A DNA stretch of 64,000 nucleotides, taken from Balanoglossus misakiensis (Eukaryota > Animalia > Hemichordata). The stretch is taken from NCBI GenBank assembly GCA_040954595.2, contig CM082589.2, positions 5,203,086 through 5,267,085 on the forward strand. Direction: 5' to 3'. The position numbers and the translations under genes are program-made. Positions 21,939 to 37,100 of the stretch are shown piece by piece. Within the stretch, counting starts at the first letter, position 1. Every line of letters begins with the position of its first letter. Below the pieces are notes generated by a model. It saw only the letters and a program-made list of their open reading frames with translations, was not told the DNA's origin and searched no databases.

Positions 21939-24900
21939 ATGCCTCATTACTCTTCCAGAACCTACACTACAGTGCACCTACATCATTTATATGAATCCAC
22001 TCCCAGGCAAACATACCTTGTACATTCGCTCACGGAAAAATATGTTCCAAAATTTAGAACTTAGAAGGTAGTATGACTTCTGGGAGTGACAGTTTCCATC
22101 ATGCCAGACAGAGTCAATCAAAAGTGTAGCTGTATGTGTTTTTTCCTAGTATAACCCATTTTGTAAGTGCTGTTTGGTAAAATTGATCACAATTCGATAG
22201 TTTAGACTGTAAAGTGTAAAGCACGATGTTCAGCCAATCAGGTGGCTAGATTTTAAGACAAATCACACTGGAATATCTGATAGTGAATGAGACAGATCTG
22301 TATCTTTTGAACCGTTTTCCTTCCAACTAGTCTCCCCTCTCTTAATATTGTCGCCTGTCTTGGTACCTTCTGAATTGAGTTCCTGACGAGACTGTCTGAA
22401 CTTTGAACTCTGCATCTGAACTCACCATGTGCCATTGTAAACTGTCTGTGTTGCAGTGTAAAAAGGGACACAGTGTACGGTAGACACCACATAGGGCTGT
22501 GAGAGCCTCTCATACAAATTATCCTTTCACTGTACATGTACATGTACAAGAAAATGCAAATTGCTATCTAAACCATGTGTGAGCAAAAGCTTCATAAAAG
22601 CAAGCTTGCATGGATGTGAAGTAGGAAAATGCATATTTCTTTAATAAATGGTTCTGTGGCTATATCATGCGGATTGTATCCAATTTCATAGAAACTGACA
22701 AATGCTTAGAATCTGCAGCATTTGCATGTGCCGTTGTACATGTATACATTCATTGATGTGGGTACCGTGCTACATAGCTATTTTAGTCAACCCATTTGAA
22801 TCTGGCAATCAGTGAGATTGGTAGTCCTTGGAAAGAAAGTCTTCTTTGTGCACTGAGGCTGCAATGTACATGTACAGAGAGATGATCGAAACAAATCACA
22901 AATCCCAAAACACAGATTGCAGTTAAACATTCGAATCTATGGCAAATGTGCCTTCTCTCATTAAAAAACTCTGTTCTCTTGCAGATTATTGGATGGCCTT
23001 GCATTGGACAAATTTTAGCTTTGTAGCTCCTGTTCCTCGACCACCAACTCTACGCCCACCACTACCACCACCACCACTACCATCATCTTCGTTGTCGGTG
23101 CTCAGAGTGAGTGGCTAAGTGTATGTAGAAAAAACACTAGTTATAGTACAGCATGACTCCCTGAATCCTACTCCCTTGTAGTTCATTGTTTATACTGTGA
23201 GTGTAAAAAAAATAATAACTGCAAGTAAACGGTAAGTGTGTTATTTCAGTTTTTCTGACTGGACTGTTTTGGATAGCCTCATGAGTTCCAGAAATGGAGT
23301 TTTGTTCATTCATTTTAGAACCCCAAAGAACATCCCTTGCCCCATGGATCTTGCACACTACGGTTTTGAAGACTGCCATTTCAAATAATCAGAGAAATTT
23401 ATCACCGCATTGAAATAAAATGGCGTGCTTCACTACAAATGTGAACGATCATACCATATTTGACTGTTGAGGAGTCCCTTGTTTGGCAACGCTGTTGAGT
23501 GGAATTCCGAAGTCACAGGGTTATACTCAGAGTAACCCCCGTGTATTCTCTTGGACAAGCTTGGCTTGCCGGAGACATGGTCATCATCCTCTGTGGCTGG
23601 TCGTTCTGCCAAAGTTCACTCTGGTCATTTATTTCGTCTTGGCAACATTCCCTGTGGTACCCTAAATGTAGGCTGTTGTCTTACTCTTAGTTGCAGATGT
23701 TTGCTATTATTCATTTTCCGAAACTTCATAAAAGTTGGAGAGGTGCTCAAAAACAGGCATGGGGCTCTACATATGTACGCTTCCAGCGCAGGAGTTTCTT
23801 TCTGACCGCACCAGTTTGTTTAAACACCTTTAGACATGCACATGTATAAAGTTGTCACAAAAATAAGCGTGAAGTTTACCTGTTGAAATTGGCAACCAAC
23901 CATCCACCCCCCTCCCTAGTAAATGAACGAAAAATCTTTTTTGAATCCTGTGTGACAATCCAAAACAGTCCCTTACTATTGTACTATTAAGGTGTGTCTG
24001 CTGCTCTGCTATTAGAATTATATACATGTAACATGTTTATAAAAAAAAATGTCACCCTGTTTCTTTCTGTATTCAGTGGTTTTTGCTGAAAATGGGGGAA
24101 TACGGTTAACAATAGCTTGGAAGCATGATAACTTATGTGCTATTCATTTATGTCGATGCTTTAATTGATGCGTTTTCCCACAGAAGTAAATTTTTTTCTG
24201 GGTCAAACAACAAAGATGTATAATTTTGTCTTTGTGTGTGTGTATCTTTAATGGTACAGTCGCTAGCATCTGACAATTGACAAGAATACAATACAGAGAG
24301 GACCTTCACAACATACATGTAAACCAGCATAGGGTTGAAAGATAACAAAGACAGATCATATAAAAATTTATTTTTAATTCACTTATAGTTTTATTTTGCA
24401 TGGGTTTCCATACATAGACTTGCGCTATTTCCGTTATCTTCTCTTTACTGCCCGTACTGGGATATTCAAGTCGTAATTCCATGGGTTATAAATAATAACT
24501 GGTTTTCTGTCGTACCTCAGCATTGCATGTAAAGTAGTTGTGGAGAATGCTTGTGTAAAAGCCCTGTCGATCAGGGAGAATCTTGTCATTTGACGTAATT
24601 CTAGCGACTCGCTTGGAGCATGTACATGTACAAGAGGCAGCCAGTGACTAGCAGGAAGTACAGGGTATCTTGGGTAAAACATTGGCTATTTTTGCTTCAA
24701 CTCTCACTTATTGTAAATGCTGTATTTTCTGTGCATGCCCTGTTCACTATGATGACGGACAGTGTAAAGTTTGGCAATCCAACAGCAAAACTTCACATCG
24801 TCTTGAAGTGAACTGGTAGTAATAGCCAGCAGAGCAGATCGGCGAGCATCGGATAAAACTAATGCACACATATGCTGCTGTAATTGGTTTTATCCATTAA

Positions 24901-25022
24901 ACTCAACTGCAGGTTGTGATAACACACAGTTATTACATGAACATGCCTCATTTGTCGGGAACTGATGGGAATTTTATGTGTTTTTTCCAGCATTAATCGG
25001 GTTTTATTCGTTCTCGCAGAGA

Positions 25023-25152
25023 ATGGGAAATTCCCAGGGTCAGCTGAAATCCTCACGGTTCGAAGCAGCACTGCATACGTCCATAGAGCATTCTCTGCGA
25101 TCCCACAATGCAGCACCGCAACCAGTATTTTCACAACTGTATCTCGAAAAAG
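25023..25152 (+). CDS. GREB1L: GREB1-like coding exon 1
   Basis: MGNSQGQLK...LYLEK; the acceptor at 25019 implies an upstream 5' UTR exon. Confidence 0.93.
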
Positions 25153-28100
25153 GTAAGAGTATTTGCATGCTGTACAGTACACATAACTACCGGTATAAGT
25201 TTCTTCCTGGGTTAGCTCAGAGTTTACATAAAGCCTGGTAACTAGCTTACATTTGTACATGTAGTTTGCATAAAAGACCATGTATTGTCCACTTGGTATA
25301 AAATTCAGGAACCAATCACAGAAAAATTAAAGAAAATGTTAAATGTTTCACGACAGTCATTTTAAGAGAAAATGTGATGATAACAATCAGTGGGCTAGGC
25401 TGCAGTTTTGCTAGTTCTAGACACTATTTTCCTTTTCCCTCCCCTATAGGCTATATGTATAATTGAATCACTTTGTAAATTTATACTTTATCTGTTGTTG
25501 TTTTGGGAATAAACATTCTTATCAACTTCCTGTCAACAGATGTGAAACCAAATGTGGCAGGGCTGGAGAGTCGGGTTGGTGCCGACGGCGCCATGGTCCA
25601 CCACCCGCAGACGCCAGTGGTGATATCACCCCACCCCTCACACCCACCGCAAGTGCCACCCGGCTTGGCGCAACCACCCCACCCACAACAGCAACCCCCA
25701 CCGTCCACTGCGGATGTGCGGGGGGACGTTCCCGTCTTTCCGGGGGCTTTCCCCGGCCCGCCTGTCGTGCCCTTCCCACCCATACACACAACTGTGCCCA
25801 CGCAAGGATGCCAAGAAGTTGGTGAGTTGAAACACCTACATGTGGTAAACTGTACACATATTGACTTGCCATGGGGGGGGGCAACAGTATACGTTTGTGT
25901 CCCCCAAATAACTGAGGCTGAAGGGCATTTCTCCACTGGCATCAAGTTGGTCTTGGTCGCAGCTTAGTACGTGACTGATACATGTACAAAATGTTGTCAT
26001 TGAAAAATGTGTAAAGCTCTTTTCATTTATCAATTATGGATACATATATTGGGGCATATTCCACATGTTATAACAAGAAACTGTTCACAAAACAAAAGTT
26101 ATGGTGAAAAATGTACATTTTTTCAGCATTTTGCAACCATATATTCATACTTTTTTGACTACAGTGTTGTTCAAAATGTTGGTCAGACTGACATCTAATG
26201 CTGTCTGCCGACATTGATTTTATTGCTTTTGCACCAGTACTATGATAAGGAGTATAACATTGTCATAGTATAAAGATAGAATCACTGCACTTAGATTTTG
26301 TTTCTGGGGTCTGAATAGTAAATACTTCATTGTTCTTGGGACTTGTTTAGGTTTCTGTCAAGCTGGTGCGGATATTCGCTTGACGGAACTGAGTGACAAA
26401 CAGATTGATGTCCAAGATGGCTACGTTCTGGTGGGAACCAAATCGCCGTATTTGCCTGAGAACATACTCATCGCCGCCGTGGATAAAAGATTCTTGCCTG
26501 ATCCAAACACTAACTTGGCATTGCTAGGTGAGTTGTTGCCATGGGAGCTAAGATTTTGAACGTCAGATATGTGTTTCCTTGACAACGGTGATCAAGATGC
26601 ATCTGCCTTGAAGGTCGTACATATGTAAACGCAAAGGCCCGCAAAGGGATGTTGGCATTATGGAATCTGAATTTGTAATGAAACATAATTGTCTTCATTA
26701 ACGAGGCGCGAGTATTAGGAAGAGAGTTTGACAGGATTTTCGTGAAAACTATCAAATTCTGAACTCCCATATTTCTTTTTTGTTATAAATTCATTTTGCA
26801 GTAATATAGGCTATATTTCATGGCCAGCAAGAAAAACAACAACTGTAGCACATGTAGAGAAATGGGAATGTTAGGAGTGTGGAATCAACTATATACTGTA
26901 CTGCACTGTACTTTGCTGTACTGCACTGCACTGCACTGCACTATACTGTACTGTACTATACTGTACTGTACTGTTCTATACTGTACTGTACTGTTCTATA
27001 CTGTACTGTTGTCTTGATGTTTGTTTGTAGGCTTCAGTGGCAACTGTGTGGGCTGTGGTGAGAAAGGGTTCCGATACTTCACTGAATTCTCCCACCACAT
27101 CAACCTGAAGCTGACAACTCAGCCAAAGAAGCAGAAGCATCTGAAGTATTACATCATCCGCAATAAACAAGGTCAACTTGTGAGAGGGGAACCCATTGAT
27201 TGGAAAGGTGAGTACGCAGAGAAAATAGAGGTTGCAGGTAATGTTACCAAAGCCTTCTGTATCATTTACATCACAGCGATTGACTTGAATTCCCATAACA
27301 GCATGTATCTGGTTTCAAGCTAGTTTCTCTACCTTCAATGTTAAACTAGTTATATTAAAGAGAAGGGAAAACCTTGCTAATCACAGAAACAAATCAATTT
27401 AAATGTATGGCATCACACTCCATTTTATGTCTTGTGTCAGACCCAAAAATCTAACGTACAATGTACATGCAAATGTATTGAAATACATATGATAGTTCTG
27501 CAGTTTTGAGTTTCTAATTCCCAGGATTGCATTTTGCCACTCCGAATTTAACATGACGTTATCTTTTTTGTTTAGAATGTAGAAAAGGCGGCTATGCCAG
27601 ATCAGTCCCACCAGTAGGTAAGTGTATATACATGTCACACTTGTGGCTACCTAAGGGTTCCTAACATGGCACCCTAGGCTTTTAGTTTTACTTCTTCTTA
27701 GAATTCATTGTTATTCATTTTAAACATGTTGATGGTAACCACAAACTATTTATGTAGTGTACATTTTTAAAGCATATTTTAGGAAGGATACTTTAAAGTC
27801 ATACCAGCTGTCACAATAAACTGTACAACTATTTTAGATAGTAGTAAAAGCTTCAATATATGGTGAATATGTGCTTTGTTTTTCTAAGCTTGCAACTGTT
27901 TTGGGCCTTTTGCTTTCAGAAAGGAGACATCTCTATGTTACCATAACAATGTGGTATCACAACAAAAAAATGGATAATGCTGTATTTTCGTTGTTCAAAG
28001 CTTGGTTTATGTCTGAGTAGAAGTTTCAACATTCTCTGGAAATATGGATAATATTCTTGTGTCACTACGAGTTGGTTTGTCGAGTCAGTGGTGTATCACT

Positions 28101-28159
28101 TTGTCTTTGTAGAGGGCACACAGTTAGGTCTGGTCAGGTCAGTGTCAGGGAGTGTATGG

Positions 28160-28193
<34 letters not shown>

Positions 28194-31100
28194 TTGCACA
28201 TCTGGTTGTGTGTATCATGTAATACATGTGTGTGTACATCTCTGTGTTTGGCCAACACTTTCATTATTTGTCCACAAAGCAGATACCAAGGGGACATTAT
28301 CAGCTGTAATCCAACAACTACAATCTCCCATGATAGGTACGAACGGGATCCAGCCCTCGACCAGCATGGGGGTCAAATCGGGGCCCCCTAGGCTGCAGCA
28401 CAAACCGCTGACCAATAAGCACGGGGTTGAAGGGTCAGCTGACAGTGGCGAATCCGCTCAGCAACCGTTGAAGAAAAGACCCCGCTATTTCAGCGCTGAT
28501 GATGGTGTTTTCCCATCAGCAAGACATCCACATGGTAAGATGTCTCTCGCCTTTTGTCTAGTGACAGACATGATCGTATCACAAGTTTCTTTTTTTCGGT
28601 CTTCTTCAACACCTGTCATTACGAACACCACTCTAATCAGAACACCTCTCTATTAAGGACAGATTTTTCAAGTGAAGTGAAGGTTCAGATGTTTGTTTGT
28701 TTTTTGTTTAAAAAGAGATAGATTTAAAGCACAAAACACACACACACACACACTGCCACGAAGTACACTCAAACTATTTCTTCAAAAGAAAAGCGTTTAG
28801 AGAGCCATGATCTTATTGCTGATTTTACTTCTATATTTGAGGTTTAGATGCACTTCCAGTGCCTGTACGTGTTCCAAAACTTGAGAGAGAAAAAAAAGAC
28901 TGCATTTCCCTCAAGTTTCTCATACGTTATGACCACCAGTAACAAAGTTTTCAGTTCAACATAAATGGAACTTACATTTTATAGCTTTATTTTTACACAC
29001 CACACCTTACATATGCTGTGTTCCAGCACAAAATGTTATTTTTTGAAACTACAATATCTATTTTATTTCAACGGATCAGTGTTTAGAAATAGTTATGCCT
29101 TTCAATTCAACGGCCATTTTTATTCGACCACCGCCCTCTTCTTTTTCCTCTGAAACCTATTTTTGTTTTGACTCTTTTTACAACTACATGTGGTATTGAG
29201 CATTTGTTTGATCTAAATTAAACCAACCACTGTATATTCTCGGACATCATTTTCTCTAGCATGATAGGTGTCCTCAAATATTTTTGTAACGAATTAACTG
29301 CATCAGAAAAAAGCTGGGAGGGTTTTTGAAGGGAGCAAGCGAGTGCAATAGCTGTTCTAATGGCAAGTGGAGAATTTATGCATCGGGGCTGTATCTGATC
29401 ATTAAAATGTCCCTTTCCCCACCCCACATGTCCTGTTTTTCATCATTCAGAAGTTTTCTTCTAAGGCAGCTTCAAAGGGTTATTGTTGAAAGTCACGCTA
29501 GTATAGCATCAACTCACATTAACTGAGCACTAGTGTCCGACCTCTGACCTTGCCATCAATGATGTAATAGCTGGGTCACGTAAGTCTGAACAGGGTGTAA
29601 GAGTCAGTCTATCAGCATATTAGCATGCATATTATTTCCAGTGATATTACACAGCTTGAGATGAGAAACTATGCAATGCAGCCGTGCAGAACAAGATTAA
29701 TTTTCTGTATATGACCAACGTACTCTTACGGGTATTAACAACACACAGCTGTTACAGTATAAGTGAAATCTATGGAAGTACAGTATATACAGTTGTGGGG
29801 TCACTCTGTTGACCTTTGATCTCACTTGAACCCTGACTCTATCTGTCCAAAATAATCACTAGCGTGAAGTTTTCTTTTCAGCTAGGTTGGCCAGACATTG
29901 ATAAATTTTGTCCCTGGGGCAAGGTTGGTGTGTTAGACAAAGCATAAACCTGTGTTTGTTAATATTTTGATGTAAGAAGACAATGCAGTCTGTCTGGCGA
30001 TCGAGTTCTGTCAGATCTGTTCATTTTAAGCTGGCTCATTTGGGAAGAGTGTATTTCAATTATGGAAATCTTGACAAGCCTGCGGTTGATATCCACAGTT
30101 AAAATTTAGTGTCTCGTATAAAGCCACAAGCTTCTTTCTGCTCGTGTTTTCTGGCGCTGTTTCAGGAAAAAATTGCGGTTAGCCGAAAATAGCTTTTCCA
30201 GCCAACAGAGCACAAAAACAGAAACCTGACAAGACATGTCTAATGCACCCTTGAAATGAATCTGTCGACAGTCGATCGCTCAGGTCACACAACATGTAGC
30301 TGACAGTTGCGATCCCTCACATAATTGTAAACTTTACTCTCCCTGCTTCTAAATGTCACAAGCAAATATGTCAATGACACAAAAATACATGTATGTCTGT
30401 GACTCACAAACATATTTTTATGTCATTGACATATATGCATGTGTGACGTAATTTCTTGTAATCAAATTATTACACATCGTACAGAGCCTCTTGTACATCT
30501 ATATGACTGTTAAAAATATGAGAGTGGAAAATTATGAACATTAAACACTATATGTGGGCTACCAGTAATTTAATTTGCATACGCATTGTGGAATTATGTC
30601 CTAAGACAAGCATGATTTGCTTAGGGTCAATTTAAAAAATTCTACAAATGTTTTTTTTTTTTCAGCTGTATACCTTTAGTGTAATAATTGAATGTTATTG
30701 TGTCTTATGACCAAAACAAGTCTGAAAGTGCCAAGTTAATTTCGTCGTATACAACCCTGCTGACATTTTTCCCAATTTGCTTTTTTGTAGGCCATCATTT
30801 GCCACTGGCATCGCCCAACTATGTACCGGCACCACCAACAGCAACGACCCACGATTCAGTGTTCATCCAACCGGGCCTGATCAACCTCGTCCGATGCAAG
30901 CCCGTCATCTTGCCTTGCCATGGCAACATGGCTTATCTCCACGGCAACGTGGTGGATGTGGTGGTCAGTCCGCTGTTCCACGACTGTTTCAAGTTGCCCC
31001 AGTTACCGCCGCAGGTGCTCGACTCCATGGGGTTGCTGGGTGCGCCAACTCTCAGTGTGGAGACCATGGCTTTGATAACCATTCAGTACTTAGTACAGTT

Positions 31101-34100
31101 AGGTAAGTTGTGTTCCTGTGTACATCTGTACCTGTACTGGCAATGGAGCAGGATTAGGCAATCTTTCAGGGTGGCAAGGATGATGAACAGATAGGCAAGT
31201 TCTTTGGCCATATTATACATACCGGGTAATACTATTAACAGTGTGGTACCTCCATAGTAATACAGAAACCCGGCCACTGACTGGAGTTTTAATGAGATTA
31301 AGTGGATGTTGAAAAACATTCTATAGAGGTCAGTTATAGCCTGTAAAGCTTCTTTGGAAGTTTATAGAACTTCTATGGATTTCTATAAAGGGCATTTCAT
31401 CGTTTGCTAGGAATGTGAACAATAAACGGCAGCAGATATACACACAAAAACTACTGAAAACATAGTTAAAAGTTGCAGCTAATGGTGCTTTAATAGAGGG
31501 CACATTGGCAGCTGATGTTTGAGTGAATTGGGCCTACGTTGGTTTTGAGGTCACAGATCAGTGATTGTGTCTCTCCAGGTACACGAGTGCCAAGTCGAGA
31601 AGAACTGGATGGAGCTTTTCTGAAAGCCAGACTGGAAACGGTTTCCAAAGATCGTGGAATGCAGCCCCAGCCGCCACAGTTCATCACCGTCGCTCCGGCT
31701 CAGTTGCCCTGGCTTGCCAAGATGTCCGCATCCACCTCGCGTGGAAGGGTGAAAGTCATCGTACCGCAGGTAGTTCAAAGCTACTTAAAGAATTTGCAGA
31801 ACATTTGGATTTGGTGTAATGTTTGTACACACAAAATTACAAACATGTGCATAAAATGACCGTCAGCCTTTAAGTTAACCCTTTGACCATCATGGTTTGG
31901 TCCAAATATATTGGTTGCTATGGTAAAGTAGGTCCTCTACTAGAAAGCAGAGGTAAATGGGTTAAATCAGTCAAATAAAAGTCAAAATGTTAAATCATAT
32001 TATCAGCTGACCTGGTATTTCTGACACTTGATAAAAAAAGTTTTCATTTAAAAATATTCAGAAATTGTAAAACATTCAGGAAATTTCCCTGTGGCTGTCT
32101 TTTTGGCAGCCTTTACCCACTATTACATCATAAAAATATTTTACCAAATATCAAATATCATCTGACTGATATACTTGCAGGGTTCACTCGCAGAGGGCAT
32201 GAATGAGGCTATGAGACTACTGTGTAACATTGGTCCGAATATGAAACAACCACTCTATGTTGTGGTGATACATGTATCAAGACAGAGAGGAACTGAATTC
32301 TGTGTCATCGTATCAGGTGATTATGAAACAGAGCATGCATAATGTATATCTTGTAAAGACCGTGGTTGTTGTGAGTAGGAGTTGGTTACAGCTGAGGTAA
32401 GATGCGCTGTTCCGACATGTATATTGTCTGCAAAGACATGATTCTTATTGATTTGGTTATAAATTCCTGACTTCCTTTGATTTAATATCCAGGACCACTG
32501 CAGGCCCGTGTACTTCTGGAATCTCACTTCTCAATCCCGGAATGTTTCAAGGAGATCAGTTACCAGATCATCACCGGCAAAATCCATCTGCTACATACAC
32601 ATTTCAAGAGGAACAGTCCAGGTAAGCTGAGCCATGCTGTATTTTTACTTCATGAAAAGTAATTAGAATTTATTTTGAATTTATTTGTGTTGTGTTCTGT
32701 TCAGTGTTCTGTTCTGTTCTGAAAAGAAACCAGTTCTTAAGAGAAGATAACAATAATTTTGTGTTGATTTTTTTTCTTCAGAAAATTTGAATGATGATGC
32801 TCTCCTTGATAACCATGCTGCATCTCTGAAGGGTAGTGTGTTCTTACCATACAACGGCAGTGGTGATGAGAAGATACGTGGCGAAGTGGCAGCTGGCATG
32901 AAAGTGTCTCCTTCACCAGGTGAGTGGTATTATAAGGTTAATTCACATCACATCACACCACACCACACCACATTACACCACACTACACCACATCACATCA
33001 ACTGACATAACATGACGTTACATTCAAAAGGGTATATCAATGTTTAAACAGTGGTGACATCTTGTCAACTATTAAAGTACAATAGATCAGTCACCCTTTA
33101 ACCCTATTCACATATCATAACCCATCAGCTTGCTGTGTATGTACGTCTATGGCATAGTATCTTTGCATTCACAAACTACATTTGTGCTAACTCAGACTTT
33201 GAAGCATATCAAAAAGAATCAGCAGTTGTTCTGTGTTTCAGGAAACTGTTAAGGGGATATTTCTTAAATTTTACCACAGTTTTGAAATGGAATTTTGTTG
33301 TATGTCTACAGTACTCTTTCTCCCAGCACTGATCTGATCTTTCACATCTGTGAGTCCAAGCAGGTCTATTTTTCTCATATGTCAAGCGACACTTCTCATT
33401 ATCAATATCAGTAAGCAGTGTTTCATCTAGACAAGGCAATCAGGTGATTCACCCTGTGTTGACATGTTCCCACCCCCGAGCAATTTGTCTCTGAGCGACC
33501 CAGGGCTGCATGAAATGATGTCAGTCACGCTGGCATTCACAGTCAGCTGTGGCATGTGCAAATGCAGTTGTTTGATGGCAGTATGTACTCCTGTCAAACC
33601 ATTTCTGTTTCAGTCCCCCCTGCCAGAGTGGACTCTCCCCCATTATTCTGGCAAAGTGGGACGACCCAACCTGTTGATGCCACTCTGGATGAACCACTGA
33701 GTAAGGACTTTACATTCTTATACAAGGGTACCCGTTGCTAAAAAGTGCGGCCAGGCCAGTGTGAGTTGGTGGTAGCTCACATTTTTCATTAAAATGGCTG
33801 GGTATGGTCGCAGGTAACGGTTCCAAACACTGTTTGCCAGAACCACAGTCATTGGATGTACACTCTCCACATGACAACGATTAGACCAATCATAGCACAG
33901 AACACAGAAGAGACATGAGGTACAAATATCTGTATTGAACTCACAAAAATCTCTTTTTAAATTGTATAGCAAAAAATAAAAATTTCACCAACTTCTGTTT
34001 CTATTCTGACAGCAAACCCAACCGAAGATTTCAAACTCCATCCAGTTCAAATAGCCGTGGCAATGAAGATTCTATCACAAGTTTGCGCGATCGCCGACTC

Positions 34101-37100
34101 CGATCAGATGGCCCTTGACCTTGGTAGATTCAGCAAAGTTGATCTCATGATCATCACACCGCCCTCTCTGGTGGCTAGTAAACAAACTGTCGAGAGATTG
34201 GCGCAGTCTGGTAGGTATATTTTGTATCTCTGTGCATCTTGGTGTGACAAGATTTATTTTTAACACGATTGGAACTATAAAAGTATTATGTGATTGTATG
34301 ATCTTTAAAATTGCCCTTATATAGTTCAATTGTGTTTTGGATTAACTGATCTACAATATAAACATACATGCTGATAGTTTTTTAAGTATCAACATTTTGT
34401 GGGGGTTTTTTTAGGTCTGCTTGTCGATCTGGGGCTCGAAGAAGTAAATTCCGTCAAAGCAGCTGAAAACCACGTGATGAGGTGTGAAAAGTCCCAGGAA
34501 AGTCAGAGCAAATTTGAGAACTTTGTGAAACGCGTCAAGTCACATCCGTATACACTGTTTGTGTTGATACAAGACCAAGCACATATTGATATTAACAGGT
34601 GGGTGAATTTTACATTATTATGGGACTATGAAGACTTTTCTGAAACGGCTCAGGTCAAATACTGGCATGAGTTATTATGTGTGAATGGTTAAAGTGGTCC
34701 TGAAATGTTTCAGATTTAAGATGGCTTTGGCAGCCAGACCTGAGCCGGTGTATAGGATTAACACCTCTCCGCAACCCTTTGTCTATGAGGCTGATCGTCA
34801 GGATCTATGCGTTAACTTTATGTGTGTGTGGACACAAGGCAACTCGAAGGATTAATTCTCATTGGCCCAGTGTGAACCTGGTAATATAAGTGGAGCTAGA
34901 AATGGGATTATTCTTCTTTCTTGTAGACATTCCTTTGGAGCCCAGCCCCTGGGTCTGGCAGACCGTTACATCAACTGTCCGGAAATCCTTGAAGCTCCCA
35001 ATGCGCTGACTCTGCAGGTGACACCAACTCCCTACGTTCTGCAAACTAAGAAGTCAAGACTCAGTCCACATAATGAAGTCTACATGCCAACCACTGTAAG
35101 TCAAGTGTGTGTTAACCTAGAAATTAAAGTCTCAGAAGCTGCCATTATTTTTATAATTTTATTTCTTCAAAACTAATTGATTATTCCATTTGAATAAGCT
35201 TACTGATGGGTATACACAAATGTATTTTCAATCTCTGATTGTGGCTTTATGTTAAATACGAAAACGTTTGCCATGGATGATTCTAAATTTATGCAAATTA
35301 CTTTTTAAACAGGTGAACAATGTCCCACTTCCGGATAAAGTTTATTTTGGTCTCCAAGACTACATCAAAACAACACAGTGGACAGAGAGACTGCCCTTGC
35401 TACGATACGATAACGATTTTGAACAAGCTACAGAAACGCTATTAGCAGCGTAAGTGAAATCATTTGACATGTTTCTGATACCCACTGTATCATTAACTTT
35501 GAATGCAATGTTTTTTGTCTCTCAAAATGTGGCGCAACATTTTTATCATTTTCATGCATTTTTCCGTATTTTTCTCCTTAATTCTAGACCAAGTGGGTAT
35601 AGTTTCCCATTGTTAACAGGTCTTGATCAAAATTTTAATTTAAAAAATTTGCTAAAAGTCAGGATGTTAATTTTGTGAAAAATGTTGACTATGGTGATTT
35701 ATCTAATTCAGGTATCCACGTCTGCATAGTATGGTGATCCGCAGCTACCTACTGATCCGACAGTACGCAGCTGTGCTCATGTCAGTGTGCGGAATCCGAG
35801 ACGGCAAGAGAAACACCACAACCGAGACGTACAACATGGTGCGGGAGATGGTGAATTCGCCCATGGACAGCGACCAGGGCAAAGGCATCATGATATTGCT
35901 GCGTATCCCGTCGCTGCAGTTGGCGCTGTTGGCCCACGAGCGGCTGCGGTCCGTGCGCGACAAGCTGGGGCTGCAGTATCGCTTTGATGTGCTGCTCAGC
36001 TCCATGACAACAGAGTTCAGCGTTGATGAGCATTTCTTGACCAGGTTGCAGGTGAGTTACAATTCTCCATACCTTAAATAGGTTTTTGCTACCTAGGTGA
36101 GTGATGAAAATCACACATGATCGACAGTTTCAAGATGGCCGATTTTCGCCATGTTTAAGCAATGGAAGTTCATAACATAAAGTGATACTTGGTCATTCTG
36201 AAACGTAACAAAAAATGGCATAACTGAAGTCAGGGCGAAAATCTTCGTTGAGATGGAACATAGAGACATTTAATGGATGAGTAGCATTGATGTCACCAGC
36301 TGATTGATGAGAATGCATCGTAACATATATAGGATACATTTTCCACCCCCTAGACCTGGCAAGGTGCTGATAAATCGTGGCAACCCAAGACGTATGAAGA
36401 TCTGAATGATCTGCCATGTATCATGATCTTATCTGGTCAACACACTGCTGGAGAAACCTGGCCAAAGTAGGTAACACTTGTGTACTCAATGTTAGGGAAC
36501 ATTCAGATTTGATCAATGATGTGGGAACCCCAGTAACACTTCTGCTAATGTTTGATATTGATTGCATGGGTTTACCTGGGGGAACCAAAAGCTTTGGGTC
36601 AATTTGAGAATTTCTAAAATGAGTTTCTCTGAGTCAGTCCTCTACCTTTGCATGTAGTGTGGATAATTTTCTTGAGTCACCAGTGAGTTTGTTGAGTCAG
36701 TGCATGGCGTGTCATATTGGCTTAGAGGGCACACTGGCTGGTACACTGTATACATGTCCTGTGTCTTGTTTTGTATTAGGTCTCTGAGATACGCAGATCT
36801 GCGTCTGGTGAACACCGGCGCTCTGGACAGAACCACCATCGAGCAGGAGATCGGTCTGGTGTGTCAGTACGTCGACAGCGGGATGATCCACGAACCGGTG
36901 ACGGTGTGTGAACTGAGCGAAGAGGAGGACAGTGACACGGATGACAACGAAGGCGAGGAGAGCGAGTCGGAAACGATGATACCACCCGTACCACCAGCTC
37001 TACCACTGCACGGACCACCGGCGCTGGAACCCATCAGTAAAATGTCATCGTTGGATGGACAAGGGCAAAGTGGGTTGAGAGAATCGCCTTTTTCATCTCA

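Noticed and set aside
24479-24490. 12-bp match (ccatgggttata) to the satellite palindrome upstream of the first GREB1-like coding exon
   Set aside because: A match this long to some part of an 88-mer is expected by chance in about 46 kb on two strands.
19100-24950. Possible genes among short ORFs upstream of the GREB1-like ATG
   Set aside because: No motifs. The composition fits a long first intron with decayed dispersed repeats (e.g. ttcagccaatcag...gctagattttaag at about 22230 and 45716) that I cannot classify.
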